Virus record (IMG/VR): IMGVR_UViG_3300011334_000232 | Coordinates: 1 to 34,984 of that record | Direction: 5' to 3' (one strand) | Length of the DNA stretch: 34,984 bases | Source: a virus | Taxonomy: Duplodnaviria; Caudoviricetes | Part shown: piece after piece, positions 16,544 to 25,082 of the stretch | Layout: each line of letters opens with the position of its first letter | How positions within the stretch are numbered: the stretch's first letter is position 1 | The notes under the pieces: generated by a model | What the model was told of the DNA's origin: nothing | What the model saw: the letters and a program-made list of their open reading frames with translations, nothing else | The model's database searches: none | Translations under genes and position numbers: made by a program

Positions 16544-18528
16544 TTACCGTATCTTTCCATAATAGCCACTTCCGCATTAAGAGGTAAACCTTGGCACCAA
16601 TCGGGCGGTGTACACATGACATCTACAAGCGTTTTAGCGGCCCATTCCGCCTTTGCTTCGTCTATCTCTAACACAATTTCATCATGGATTGTTAATACCA
16701 CTTCAAGCCCCATCGCGTCAAGTCTACGTAAGGCGTAGCGCAGCAAGTCGTTAGCGACTGCCTGCGTGATGTTCTCACACGCCAGACCGCGCCACAGCCG
16801 CGCCCTTGGCCATTCCTTAGCGTCGGCGGCTGGCTTCCATGAAGCTTTAGCGTAGGTCAGGTTGCCTTCCTCGTCGAAGCGGGCGAAAGGATAACATAAC
16901 ACACGGCCAGACGGAAGAGCATACCAAAGATGCAGCCCGTCAAATAAATATGTGACGCGCCCGATGGTAAACTCGCGGCCCTTGTTCCGCATGGCGCGCA
17001 TATAGGTTTCCTCAAGGCCAGACCAGTAAGGCACGGCCCACTTGTTAGCCCTGCGCCATGCGTCCACCATGCGCCTCGCGTCGCTCTCCGACATCATCAA
17101 GCCGTAGATGCGGCCCATGCTGGCGAATGCGCCGACGCCGCCGGCGAAACCACACGCCAACTCTTGCACTTTACCGATCTGGCGCTGGTCTTTGTCAACG
17201 TCGTCATAGCCGACATGGAATGTCGCCATAGCGTTGTGCTTGTACACATCCTCACCTTTGGCAAAGATGTCTAGCTTGCTTGCACCAAAGATGCTGTTGG
17301 ACGCCCACGGCGTCACCCGCGCTTCGATGGCGGCCCAATCGGCGACGACCAGCCGCTTGCCTGTGTCGGCCATCAGCGCGGGGCGTAGCATACCTTTCAG
17401 CACGTCCGTCACGCGGCGGCCATGATCGGGAACGATCTGGTGTCCGCGCACCATAGCCTGCCGTACTAATGCCGGGTCGGCGGCGCACTTTCGGGGGAAG
17501 TTGTGAACTTGAAGCCCAAATGATGAAGCACGCCCAGTAGCGCTGCCTCCTGCAAAAACAAATGCTCCTCTAACTCGAAAATCTTCCTCATCAGCAAGCG
17601 CCGCTGCACGTTGGAACTTGGCCACGGACGATGCCCACAGATCGTCCGCGCACTGGATGACATCCGCAACTTCCGCCGGTATTTCATCTGAATTCTCCTC
17701 CGCTAACGCCAGCAAGTTGGCGCGCACGTTTTTATCTAGGCATCTATGTTTACGTTCGTTCTTGATAATCGTCATAAGTTTACGGGACTCAGGCCCGACA
17801 CGGTCCCAAACCCAATCCTTCATACGCGTGCTGCGAACGCTTGTAACCTCGCGCTGCGTTATCTCGCACACCAAGTTCTGTATCTCAACTGTTTCTGCAT
17901 TTGAATACGCAACAGCGGCCTGCGCCAGCGGCCTGTCAAGCAGGACGCCGCGGTCGTTGATGCGCTCGTTCACATGGTAGTCGGCCAACTCATCAGCCGA
18001 TAGCGGACGCTGCGCCTGCGCGATGGCGCGCATGGCACGGACATCCTGCGCTCCGTATTCACGAAACTCATCAAACAGAACCGGATCGTCGCTATACGGA
18101 GGTATACACAGTTGCCGAATAAGTTGTTTACCGCGATGGTCTTTTTTCATCGACGCGCCCATAAACCGGCCAGCATCTTCAAGACTACCGGGCGCGCAGT
18201 TAGCCCGCGACTGCGCGGCAGTGCAATACCATTGCTCTATGCGAGGGGTAGGGACGCCGTAATCGGGGCAAACCACATATTCAAATATGAGACGGTCAAA
18301 GCCAGCGTTATGGAAGCGCAGTTGGCCTCCGTCGCGGATATGTTGTTTGACGCAATCAGGAAAAGGTTTGCCGCACGACGGCCACCATTCATCTACATCT
18401 TCATCATCAAAAGCCCAGTTGAACAGTATCAATTGCGTAGACGGATGTTGAGCGTAGTTATACGAACCTGACACAGGCAGGTTGCATTCGCTGCGGGTTT
18501 CCGTATCACCCCATAAAATATTAGACAT
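16540..18528 (-). CDS. Family A DNA polymerase with 3'-5' exonuclease
   Basis: ExoI 'DTET', ExoII 'HNAGFD', ExoIII 'YGAQD'; motif A 'ADWAAIEAR', B 'RQIGKVQELACGF', C 'IHDEIV'; start at ATG 18528 after GAGTGAG. Confidence 0.95.
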   Translation of the reverse strand: MSNILWGDTETRSECNLPVSGSYNYAQHPSTQLILFNWAFDDEDVDEWWPSCGKPFPDCVKQHIRDGGQLRFHNAGFDRLIFEYVVCPDYGVPTPRIEQWYCTAAQSRANCAPGSLEDAGRFMGASMKKDHRGKQLIRQLCIPPYSDDPVLFDEFREYGAQDVRAMRAIAQAQRPLSADELADYHVNERINDRGVLLDRPLAQAAVAYSNAETVEIQNLVCEITQREVTSVRSTRMKDWVWDRVGPESRKLMTIIKNERKHRCLDKNVRANLLALAEENSDEIPAEVADVIQCADDLWASSVAKFQRAAALADEEDFRVRGAFVFAGGSATGRASSFGLQVHNFPRKCAADPALVRQAMVRGHQIVPDHGRRVTDVLKGMLRPALMADTGKRLVVADWAAIEARVTPWASNSIFGASKLDIFAKGEDVYKHNAMATFHVGYDDVDKDQRQIGKVQELACGFAGGVGAFASMGRIYGLMMSESDARRMVDAWRRANKWAVPYWSGLEETYMRAMRNKGREFTIGRVTYLFDGLHLWYALPSGRVLCYPFARFDEEGNLTYAKASWKPAADAKEWPRARLWRGLACENITQAVANDLLRYALRRLDAMGLEVVLTIHDEIVLEIDEAKAEWAAKTLVDVMCTPPDWCQGLPLNAEVAIMERYGK

Positions 18529-18553
18529 AGAAGTTCTCACTCTTCCGCTACTC

Positions 18554-18617
18554 GCCGGGGCATCAAGGCTCTAATGACAACGGTGATTACCGCCCTCGCC
18601 TTGAAGTGTGCCCCAGC
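18554..18617 (-). promoter_or_regulatory. Long interrupted stem-loop in the SSB-polymerase intergenic region
   Basis: Three stacked helices: GCUGGGGCA/UGCCCCGGC, UCAAGGC/GCCUUGA, GGCGGU/ACCGUU. Confidence 0.55.
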
Positions 18618-18629
18618 TTTCGCCCCCTG

Positions 18630-19292
18630 TTAGACTACGCGACGGCGACGACGCGCACCTTCAGGTGCTTCAGGTTCAGCGGCGACTTCCAACTCCGCGT
18701 CCTCTGTCTCTTCAACCGAAGACGTATCCATTGATACCCAATCGGTGATGTCGAAGATAGGCGTATAGATGCGTCCATAGGTCTTGTGCTGGTAATGCTC
18801 AGACTTCAGTTCGATCAACGGCACTGGCTTGGTCTGGTCTTTCTCGACCTGATCGGCGATGGCAACCGCCAAAGCCTGCACCGCACGCTTGCCGCCAACT
18901 GATGTAGCCGTGAAGCGTGCCTGCATATCCTTGTCTTCACCGTTCGTGCAAACCAGCATCATGCCGACTTGCATTTCCCAGCCGCGTTCTGCGCCTGATG
19001 GCGCAGGCTCTAACGCTGGCAGCGGCTCTGACACCGGCACCAGCTTTTCAGCCAGCACTTCGCCTTTACCCCATGCGATGTAGCCATGCACGAATGAGAA
19101 CGGATTGGCGGCCCACAGGCTGCCATCTTCCACTTCGGTCTGGTCTGCACCAAAAACCCAATGGCCTGTCTTGTCCATCTTCAGGATTACTGTGCCCCCC
19201 GGTGCGACTTCGGACTGAATGGAGCGCAGCGCGCCTGAGAGGGACTGAACGGACGGCAAGTTAGCGCCGCCAAAAGTAGTGATATTCGACAT
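18630..19292 (-). CDS. Putative single-stranded DNA-binding protein
   Basis: 220 aa between nuclease and polymerase (the SSB slot in this module); 'Y.HK.YGRIYTP.F.I..W' motif; acidic linker. Confidence 0.65.
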   Translation of the reverse strand: MSNITTFGGANLPSVQSLSGALRSIQSEVAPGGTVILKMDKTGHWVFGADQTEVEDGSLWAANPFSFVHGYIAWGKGEVLAEKLVPVSEPLPALEPAPSGAERGWEMQVGMMLVCTNGEDKDMQARFTATSVGGKRAVQALAVAIADQVEKDQTKPVPLIELKSEHYQHKTYGRIYTPIFDITDWVSMDTSSVEETEDAELEVAAEPEAPEGARRRRRVV

Positions 19293-19310
19293 TGTATTGT
19301 ACCTTCTCTT

Positions 19311-20432
19311 TTACTGGAGTTTAGACATGGCTTTGGTAAGCGTCTGTCCGATTTGCAAAACCGCTGGCCGGGGATCATTTTCCGGCGCAAGGGTAGAGCC
19401 TGTGGAGACGGCGACAATTAAGTCCGCCGGCAATTCTATTTTGGCTTTCTTCAAAGCCTTTTCCGCTTGGGCTGGTGACAGCGGCTTGGGTTCGCCCCAT
19501 GCTTCTACACCAACACCGGACAAGAAGCCTACAGCCTTATCTTCATTTGTCCACTGTCTTGTTGCGCGTTTGTTGACCAACTTCCAGCCGGGGACTTTCT
19601 GTCCCTCTTCCAGAAGTCCATGCGCCAACTGCTGCAAGTCCTTGATGAACCCTTCAATCAGCGGTGCCTGTTCCAGATAGTGTGCGATCTGGTCAACAGG
19701 TAGGGCTTCTAGCTTCACCTTCAGCGCGCGGTCTACAGCGCCTGTCATGACAGGGCAGACAGGCTTTGCCGCGCACCACTTGCAATGGTCGCCTGACGCC
19801 AACGGCGCGTCTGGCCGCTTCGCAATCTCGACGGCAGCGGCAAGCTGTTTCTCGAACCCGTCAACGCGGGCAAGGTCTGTCACCCAACGCTTGACGTAGG
19901 GCGGCTGGACAATGATTAGTTCGACTTCGGTGGCATCTTTGAAAGCCCACGATGTTTCCGGCGTGCGTTTAGCCGCCGCAGCGTAGAAGAGTAGCTGGCT
20001 GTTTTCCTCGACTTCGACAGCCACGCCATCGCCAAACTTCCAATCCAAAACAATCGCTCGACTACCAATGCGACCAAGAAGATCGGTAGAACCAAAAACG
20101 TCAGGCAGAAAATCACCAAAACCAACCCGGCTTTCAACCGCATATTCCATCTCCCCCTTAGGGTCTATTTCGTCCAGCGCACGCAGCGCCGGTATCAGCT
20201 TGTCATCGACCAATGCTTCAGTCAGCACTGTCTTTTCATAGGTCGTGCCAACCAAGCTGTACGGGTCAAGATCGCTTTCTAATATAGATGCGATGGTGTC
20301 GTGCAGGAGCGTGCCTTCGTCGGCGTAGCTGCTGCTGGGCTTTGGCGGGACGGTGTCCACCAGCGCGACGCTGCCGGGGCAGGCGATGACGCGTTTGGCG
20401 GTCGAGCCGCCGACTATCTTACTATGTTGCAT
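19311..20432 (-). CDS. Cas4-like PD-(D/E)XK exonuclease (DUF2800-type)
   Basis: Start MQHSKIVGGS (20432, GAGG RBS); 'CPGS', 'GT.LH', 'GSTD', 'DWKFG', 'QL..YA', 'CKWC.....C' (four Cys, Fe-S type). Confidence 0.88.
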   Translation of the reverse strand: MQHSKIVGGSTAKRVIACPGSVALVDTVPPKPSSSYADEGTLLHDTIASILESDLDPYSLVGTTYEKTVLTEALVDDKLIPALRALDEIDPKGEMEYAVESRVGFGDFLPDVFGSTDLLGRIGSRAIVLDWKFGDGVAVEVEENSQLLFYAAAAKRTPETSWAFKDATEVELIIVQPPYVKRWVTDLARVDGFEKQLAAAVEIAKRPDAPLASGDHCKWCAAKPVCPVMTGAVDRALKVKLEALPVDQIAHYLEQAPLIEGFIKDLQQLAHGLLEEGQKVPGWKLVNKRATRQWTNEDKAVGFLSGVGVEAWGEPKPLSPAQAEKALKKAKIELPADLIVAVSTGSTLAPENDPRPAVLQIGQTLTKAMSKLQ

Positions 20433-20462
20433 ATCGTACCTCACTCTACTGTTTGAGCGGCC

Positions 20463-20522
20463 ATAATACATACAACAAAATTTGATGCAACCCTTGAAAT
20501 GCAAAAAATTTTGTAGTAGCCC
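20463..20522. promoter_or_regulatory. Divergent promoters with two palindromic operator-like sites
   Basis: (-) TTGCAT(20490-85)-16-TATTAT(20468-63); (+) TTGAAA(20494-99)-17-TAGCCC(20517-22); palindrome variants at 20473-20487 and 20502-20516. Confidence 0.65.
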
Positions 20523-20528
20523 TTCGTC

Positions 20529-20804
20529 ATGACTGAGAAAGAGATAGAGCGGTACTTCTGTAAACGCGTGCGGGCGCTGGGCGGCTTTGCCTATAAGTTC
20601 CGCAGCATTACGCAAGTCGGCGTCGCCGACCGCATCGCCTGTATGCCCAACGGTGAGGCTTGGTTCATCGAACTAAAGAAAGCTGGCGGGCGTCTGTCTG
20701 CGTTGCAGCGTATCTTTGCAGATGAGATGACGCACACCAAGCAGCATTACGCTTGTCTGTGGTCAGTTGAAGAGGTGGACGCATGGCTCAAACGCTTCAG
20801 CTAA
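20529..20804 (+). CDS. VRR-NUC domain nuclease
   Basis: 'E.EIE', 'GVADRI', 'FIELK..GG.LS.LQ'. Confidence 0.9.
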   Translation: MTEKEIERYFCKRVRALGGFAYKFRSITQVGVADRIACMPNGEAWFIELKKAGGRLSALQRIFADEMTHTKQHYACLWSVEEVDAWLKRFS

Positions 20805-22099
20805 GAGATTATCAGCAGCAGGCGGCGACGTTCCTATACGAGCGCGACCGCGCCATGATCCTTGCGCCTGTTGGCGCGGGCAAGACGGCCATTACCCTGA
20901 CGGCGATGGACGAGATGCTGCGCGATGGCCATGTCAAACGCTGGCTGGTGGTAGCGCCGAAGCGCGTCTGTACGGATGTGTGGCCTGTCGAAGCGCCGAA
21001 ATGGTCTGGCGTCACTCCGGCGCTGGCTGTCGGCACGCCAGCGCAAAGGGTGGATGCTTTGAAGAGCAACGCCAGTGTTGTCGTCATTAACTATGATAAC
21101 CTAGATAAGCTAGAGGATTTATCCAGCTTCGACGGCATTGTGTTTGACGAACTGACGCGGCTGAAGAACCCCAGCGGCAAACGATTCAAGGCGCTGGACA
21201 AGCTGCTGGCTAACGTCAAGGTGCGCTGGGGTCTGACAGGTTCGTTCACGTCGAACGGCCTTGAGGATGTCTTCGGCCAGTGCAAGATTATTGACCAGAC
21301 GCTGTTGGGCCGCGCCAAGGGTGCGTTCATGCAGCAGTATTTCATCTGCACCAACCGCGACTTTGGCCAGTGGGTTCCGGCCGCCGGCGCGCTGGAGCAG
21401 GTTATGAAACGCATTCGCCCTGCGACGTTCGTGCTGGAGCCGGGCGAGTACAAGGACAAGCTGCCGCCCTGTCATGTTAACGAAGTGCGCGTTCCGTTAA
21501 CAAATCGTAAACCATATGATGAAATGAAGCGCGAATATGTAACACGTTTTGGCAGCGACCAGATTGTAGCGCAGAACGCAGCGTCGGTGACGACCAAGCT
21601 GCAACAGATGGCGTCAGGCTTTGTCTACAACCGCGGCGGCGATACAGGTTCGATATGGTTTAGCAGCCACAAGTTCGACCGGCTGGAAGAACTGCTGGCG
21701 GAGAACCAGCGGGCGAACACCATCGTCGCGTACACTTATCAGGAAGAGTTGGCGGAACTGAAGCGCCGCTTCCCGCACGCCAAAACGATGGACGACCCCA
21801 ACGTCATCGAACATTGGAACGCAGGGCAGGTCGAGTTGCTGCTGGCGCACCCTAAGTCGGCAGGGCATGGCCTGAACCTACAGCACGGCGGATGCCACAT
21901 GGTGTTCCTATCGCTGCCGTGGTCGCTGGAACTGTACGAGCAGACCGTTGGACGCCTGCACCGCAGCGGCCAGACTAAGGATGTCTGGGTCTACGTGATG
22001 CTGACCGAAAAGAGTATTGACGAACGTATATGGGCGGCGCTGCACGACAAGCGTGCGGTGTCCGACATAGCATTAGAGGAGTTGAAAGATGCGAACTAA
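20783..22099 (+). CDS. SNF2-family helicase
   Basis: 'LRDYQ', 'GAGKT', 'VFDE', 'LTGS', 'SAGHGLNLQ', 'QTVGRLHRSGQ'. Confidence 0.92.
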   Translation: MAQTLQLRDYQQQAATFLYERDRAMILAPVGAGKTAITLTAMDEMLRDGHVKRWLVVAPKRVCTDVWPVEAPKWSGVTPALAVGTPAQRVDALKSNASVVVINYDNLDKLEDLSSFDGIVFDELTRLKNPSGKRFKALDKLLANVKVRWGLTGSFTSNGLEDVFGQCKIIDQTLLGRAKGAFMQQYFICTNRDFGQWVPAAGALEQVMKRIRPATFVLEPGEYKDKLPPCHVNEVRVPLTNRKPYDEMKREYVTRFGSDQIVAQNAASVTTKLQQMASGFVYNRGGDTGSIWFSSHKFDRLEELLAENQRANTIVAYTYQEELAELKRRFPHAKTMDDPNVIEHWNAGQVELLLAHPKSAGHGLNLQHGGCHMVFLSLPWSLELYEQTVGRLHRSGQTKDVWVYVMLTEKSIDERIWAALHDKRAVSDIALEELKDAN

Positions 22100-22292
22100 G
22101 TTTTTTCCTTACGTCTGCCGTTATGTTAACGGCGAAGGCGCGTGGCTGGCCGCTTACTACGATAAAGATTTTGACAAGCGGCCAGCCGGCATGATGATTA
22201 AAGGCGGCGGAATTAAAGAAGGCGATGAAATCTCTATCGCGTTTCTTGAACAGCCTGCGTCGGCTAGGCAAATTGTAGGGCTTGATAAATGA
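22089..22292 (+). CDS. Hypothetical protein
   Basis: 67 aa, GAGGAG RBS. Confidence 0.65.
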   Translation: MRTKFFPYVCRYVNGEGAWLAAYYDKDFDKRPAGMMIKGGGIKEGDEISIAFLEQPASARQIVGLDK

Positions 22293-22480
22293 GTAAAATA
22301 AACTGGCGGTCGATGATTGCCGTGCTGTCTACCCTTACGGAAGACGAATTGAAGCAAGTCCTAGACGTTGAACTGGAGACGCACAAGCGACCGGCCATCG
22401 CCCGGCGACTGCATCAACGGTATTCTGCGGTGCGGACGGCGCGGGAGCGCGTCGAGATTATGAGGAAGCTAAAGAAATGA
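22289..22480 (+). CDS. Hypothetical helical protein
   Basis: 63 aa, overlaps neighbours by 4 nt. Confidence 0.7.
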   Translation: MSKINWRSMIAVLSTLTEDELKQVLDVELETHKRPAIARRLHQRYSAVRTARERVEIMRKLKK

Positions 22481-22755
22481 TAGACGACAAGAGCGATGCC
22501 GGATCGTGGGAAGAAGCGTTGGCGTTCAAGGACGCCGTCAACCCTGACCATTACAAACGCGGCGGGATTGAAGCCATCGACTACATTCAGGCCAAGCTGA
22601 CGCCGGAAGAGTTCGCCGGATACTGTCTTGGTAATATGCTGAAATACTTGAGCCGCCTAGGCCATAAGGACGAAGCGGCTCAAGAGATGCGTAAAGCTAT
22701 TTGGTATGGTGAGCGTTGGTTACAGGCGCGGGACACTCGCGCGCAGAAACGCTAG
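22477..22755 (+). CDS. DUF3310 (SaV-like) protein
   Basis: 'D.VNP.HY..GGIEAIDYI...GYCLGN.LKYL.R..HK....E..KA.WY'. Confidence 0.88.
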   Translation: MIDDKSDAGSWEEALAFKDAVNPDHYKRGGIEAIDYIQAKLTPEEFAGYCLGNMLKYLSRLGHKDEAAQEMRKAIWYGERWLQARDTRAQKR

Positions 22756-22878
22756 AGCGCCTGCGGTGAAGGCCGCGTTAGCCGCCGTAAGCAAGTCAGT
22801 GTCGCCGACCAGATAGCTGGCAGCGGCGCTGACAACACCAAGAGCAGCCATAACGTATGTGCGATAACCTTTAAGCAT
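22720..22878 (-). CDS. Putative holin / lysis membrane protein, 52 aa
   Basis: AAGGAG RBS before MLKGYRTY...; two hydrophobic segments; directly after the endolysin. Confidence 0.65.
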   Translation of the reverse strand: MLKGYRTYVMAALGVVSAAASYLVGDTDLLTAANAAFTAGALAFLRASVPRL

Positions 22879-22879
22879 A

Positions 22880-23272
22880 TTACTTCTCCTTTGGATAGAA
22901 CTTCCAAGGCAGTTCCCAATGTGGACCATCTCTAAAAGTTCGCCACGAACCCCCCCAGACAAGGGGGACTTTCTCGTCCGCCGCAGCGGACATCACGATC
23001 TTGGCCAACCTGTGATATTGCGGCCAAGCCCACGATACTTCGCCAGCTATCATCGGCGCCAAATCGACAGCGTGTCCGGTGATGTGGCGTGAGTTCATTG
23101 TCTTTGATGCGCCTTGGGCGACCAACTGCTTCTGGCGCTCGACGGTACGCAAGCCTTCCAGCACCGTAAAGTCGAGGTCGGACAGCGCAGCCGCCTTCTT
23201 GACGACGCGAACAAGGTCTGGGTGTACGCCCTCAAGCCGCGACAGACTGCGCTGGCCGAGGATGATACTCAT
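22880..23272 (-). CDS. Endolysin, M15 family peptidase
   Basis: 'EGLRT.ERQ', 'SRHITGHAVD', 'WGG.W', 'DGPHWE' Zn-binding motifs. Confidence 0.92.
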   Translation of the reverse strand: MSIILGQRSLSRLEGVHPDLVRVVKKAAALSDLDFTVLEGLRTVERQKQLVAQGASKTMNSRHITGHAVDLAPMIAGEVSWAWPQYHRLAKIVMSAAADEKVPLVWGGSWRTFRDGPHWELPWKFYPKEK

Positions 23273-23439
23273 GTGCCAGCTTTCAGCAGTATGCCGACGA
23301 GCAACAGAATGATTGTGCCCGCCACAGACATACCTATGGTTTCCAGACGCTTCAGCCGCGCGCAGATACTTTCGTACCGGAACGCGCAGACCTGTTCGTG
23401 CGTGTTGAGTTGTGCTTGGGTCTGGTCGATAGAAGTCAT
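23269..23439 (-). CDS. XhlA-like coiled-coil + C-terminal TM lysis protein, 56 aa (not in ORF track)
   Basis: MTSIDQTQAQLNTHEQVCAFRYESICARLKRLETIGMSVAGTIILLLVGILLKAGT*; ATGA overlap with the endolysin. Confidence 0.7.
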   Translation of the reverse strand: MTSIDQTQAQLNTHEQVCAFRYESICARLKRLETIGMSVAGTIILLLVGILLKAGT

Positions 23440-23453
23440 GGGTTACTCACTGA

Positions 23454-25082
23454 TTAAAAGCCAAGACTGCGGCGTTCTGCCGTTTTCTTAGCGCGTTCTT
23501 GTGCCATTACGTTTTGCTGCGCCACTGGCGACAACGCAAAGTAGCCGGGGCCGCCGGGCTTTACCGTGCCGGGGCGGCTGGCGCTTACTAAGGCTTTTTG
23601 GGCTTGAGCGCGCGACATCTTATTAGCTATGCCCCGCGCGCCTGCGCCGGCGATTTGCGTACCCAATATGGTGGCAGCAGTGCTGGGCGAATACGTAGCG
23701 CCCACGCCGAGAAACGGCATCTGTGTACCGAACAGACGCGCGCTAGGAGATAGTTTACCAAGGGCCGCCAAAACATTTTGCGTAAGGGTGCCGTTGGCAA
23801 CCTTTTTAATTAAGTCTTGTGTTTCCCTGTCGAACTTCGCCAGCTTACGTTCGTTCTTAGCCAGCTTTGTAAACTCATCGCGCAGCGCGCGAGGGAATGA
23901 CTTAGTGCTGTCGGCGGCGCTGGATGTGGCGGTTGCCTTTGTAAACGCGTCTTCCAGCGTCTGCGTCTGATAGCCGCGGCCACGGACGCCGCGCGCTTGC
24001 ATAAGGAACGCATTAGCCGCCGCCGCGTCACCGGACGTTGTCTGCGCTGGGGTCAAGCCGTCCATAAAATCATCTATGGTTTCTTCAAGCGCCTTCACCA
24101 TAGCGCGCTCGTCTGGCGTACCGCGCTTGCCGCCAGCTTCGCTGTATGGAAGATCGCGGACTGAACGCCTGAACTTCTCCAGCATGTCGAATGTCATCGG
24201 CTTGCCGGATTTTAGGTCGAACAGCTTTAATGCTTCGTTGACCACTTTGTCCGTGTCTGGATCATAGCGCAAACCGCTTAGTCTTGCGCGAGCCGCCGAC
24301 GCCAAGTCCGTCATCGCTTGCGGTGCGATGTTTACGCCTTCCGCTTCCATTTGCTTGTACAGCTTACCGGACTCTTCTTTTAGCGCGGCTGCGGATACAG
24401 GTTTAATTTTAGGTGTAGGGACTTTAGCGCCAGCAGCGCCGCCAGCCAATGAAAGACCCATGAGTGCGGCAGGGTTCGTTACGTCAAAATAGTTCGACGC
24501 AATAGATGGCGCAGCAGCAGCGCCCATCGACGCGGCGGTCTGGCCTCTGGCGTTCTGGCCCATGAGGCGCATGAAGTTCTGCGATTGAGGCGACGCAGCT
24601 ACATCAGCTAACGTCTTAAAGCCTTGCGCTTGGCCAAGACCGCTGGCGCCTGCTTCTAAGATGTCGCTGTACACTTGTTCGCCGCGCGTCTCTGGACGAC
24701 GGCCAACACCGACCGTTTCATAGCCGCGGCGGATAGTCTCCGACGGCAGCGGGACGCGCTCGCCGCCGAATAGCGGCGCAGCTAAGTTGTATATGCCTGT
24801 GCCAATGTCACCGATACCTAACGACAACACGCCACCCGCAGCACCGGGGACAGCGCCGACGCCAGCAAACGGCGCGCCAGCCGCAGCGCCCAGCCCAGCC
24901 GCCGTCGCATACGGCAACAGCGCACCGGTAGTAACGCCGGCCACTTGCGTAGCCTTGTCCATACCCGTGCGCGGGGCTTTAGCGCGCGGCGTCTTTATTT
25001 CAACGACACCCAAACCTTCATATGGGTCTACGTCTACTTGTTCGTAAGAACCTAAACCGGCGTATGGATCGTCCTGTTTCAT
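23454..25082 (-). CDS. DNA ejection/internal virion protein (third)
   Basis: Ala/Gly-rich helical; N-terminal DPYxGLG repeats; start 25082 by ATGA overlap. Confidence 0.7.
   Translation of the reverse strand: MKQDDPYAGLGSYEQVDVDPYEGLGVVEIKTPRAKAPRTGMDKATQVAGVTTGALLPYATAAGLGAAAGAPFAGVGAVPGAAGGVLSLGIGDIGTGIYNLAAPLFGGERVPLPSETIRRGYETVGVGRRPETRGEQVYSDILEAGASGLGQAQGFKTLADVAASPQSQNFMRLMGQNARGQTAASMGAAAAPSIASNYFDVTNPAALMGLSLAGGAAGAKVPTPKIKPVSAAALKEESGKLYKQMEAEGVNIAPQAMTDLASAARARLSGLRYDPDTDKVVNEALKLFDLKSGKPMTFDMLEKFRRSVRDLPYSEAGGKRGTPDERAMVKALEETIDDFMDGLTPAQTTSGDAAAANAFLMQARGVRGRGYQTQTLEDAFTKATATSSAADSTKSFPRALRDEFTKLAKNERKLAKFDRETQDLIKKVANGTLTQNVLAALGKLSPSARLFGTQMPFLGVGATYSPSTAATILGTQIAGAGARGIANKMSRAQAQKALVSASRPGTVKPGGPGYFALSPVAQQNVMAQERAKKTAERRSLGF

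Noticed and set aside
19311-20432. Cas4-like nuclease as a sign of a CRISPR system
   Set aside because: No repeat-spacer array or other cas genes; it sits in the usual nuclease-SSB-polymerase replication module.
20433-20615. 62-aa N-terminal extension of the nuclease in the ORF track
   Set aside because: It runs through the divergent promoters and VRR-NUC; a good RBS precedes ATG 20432.
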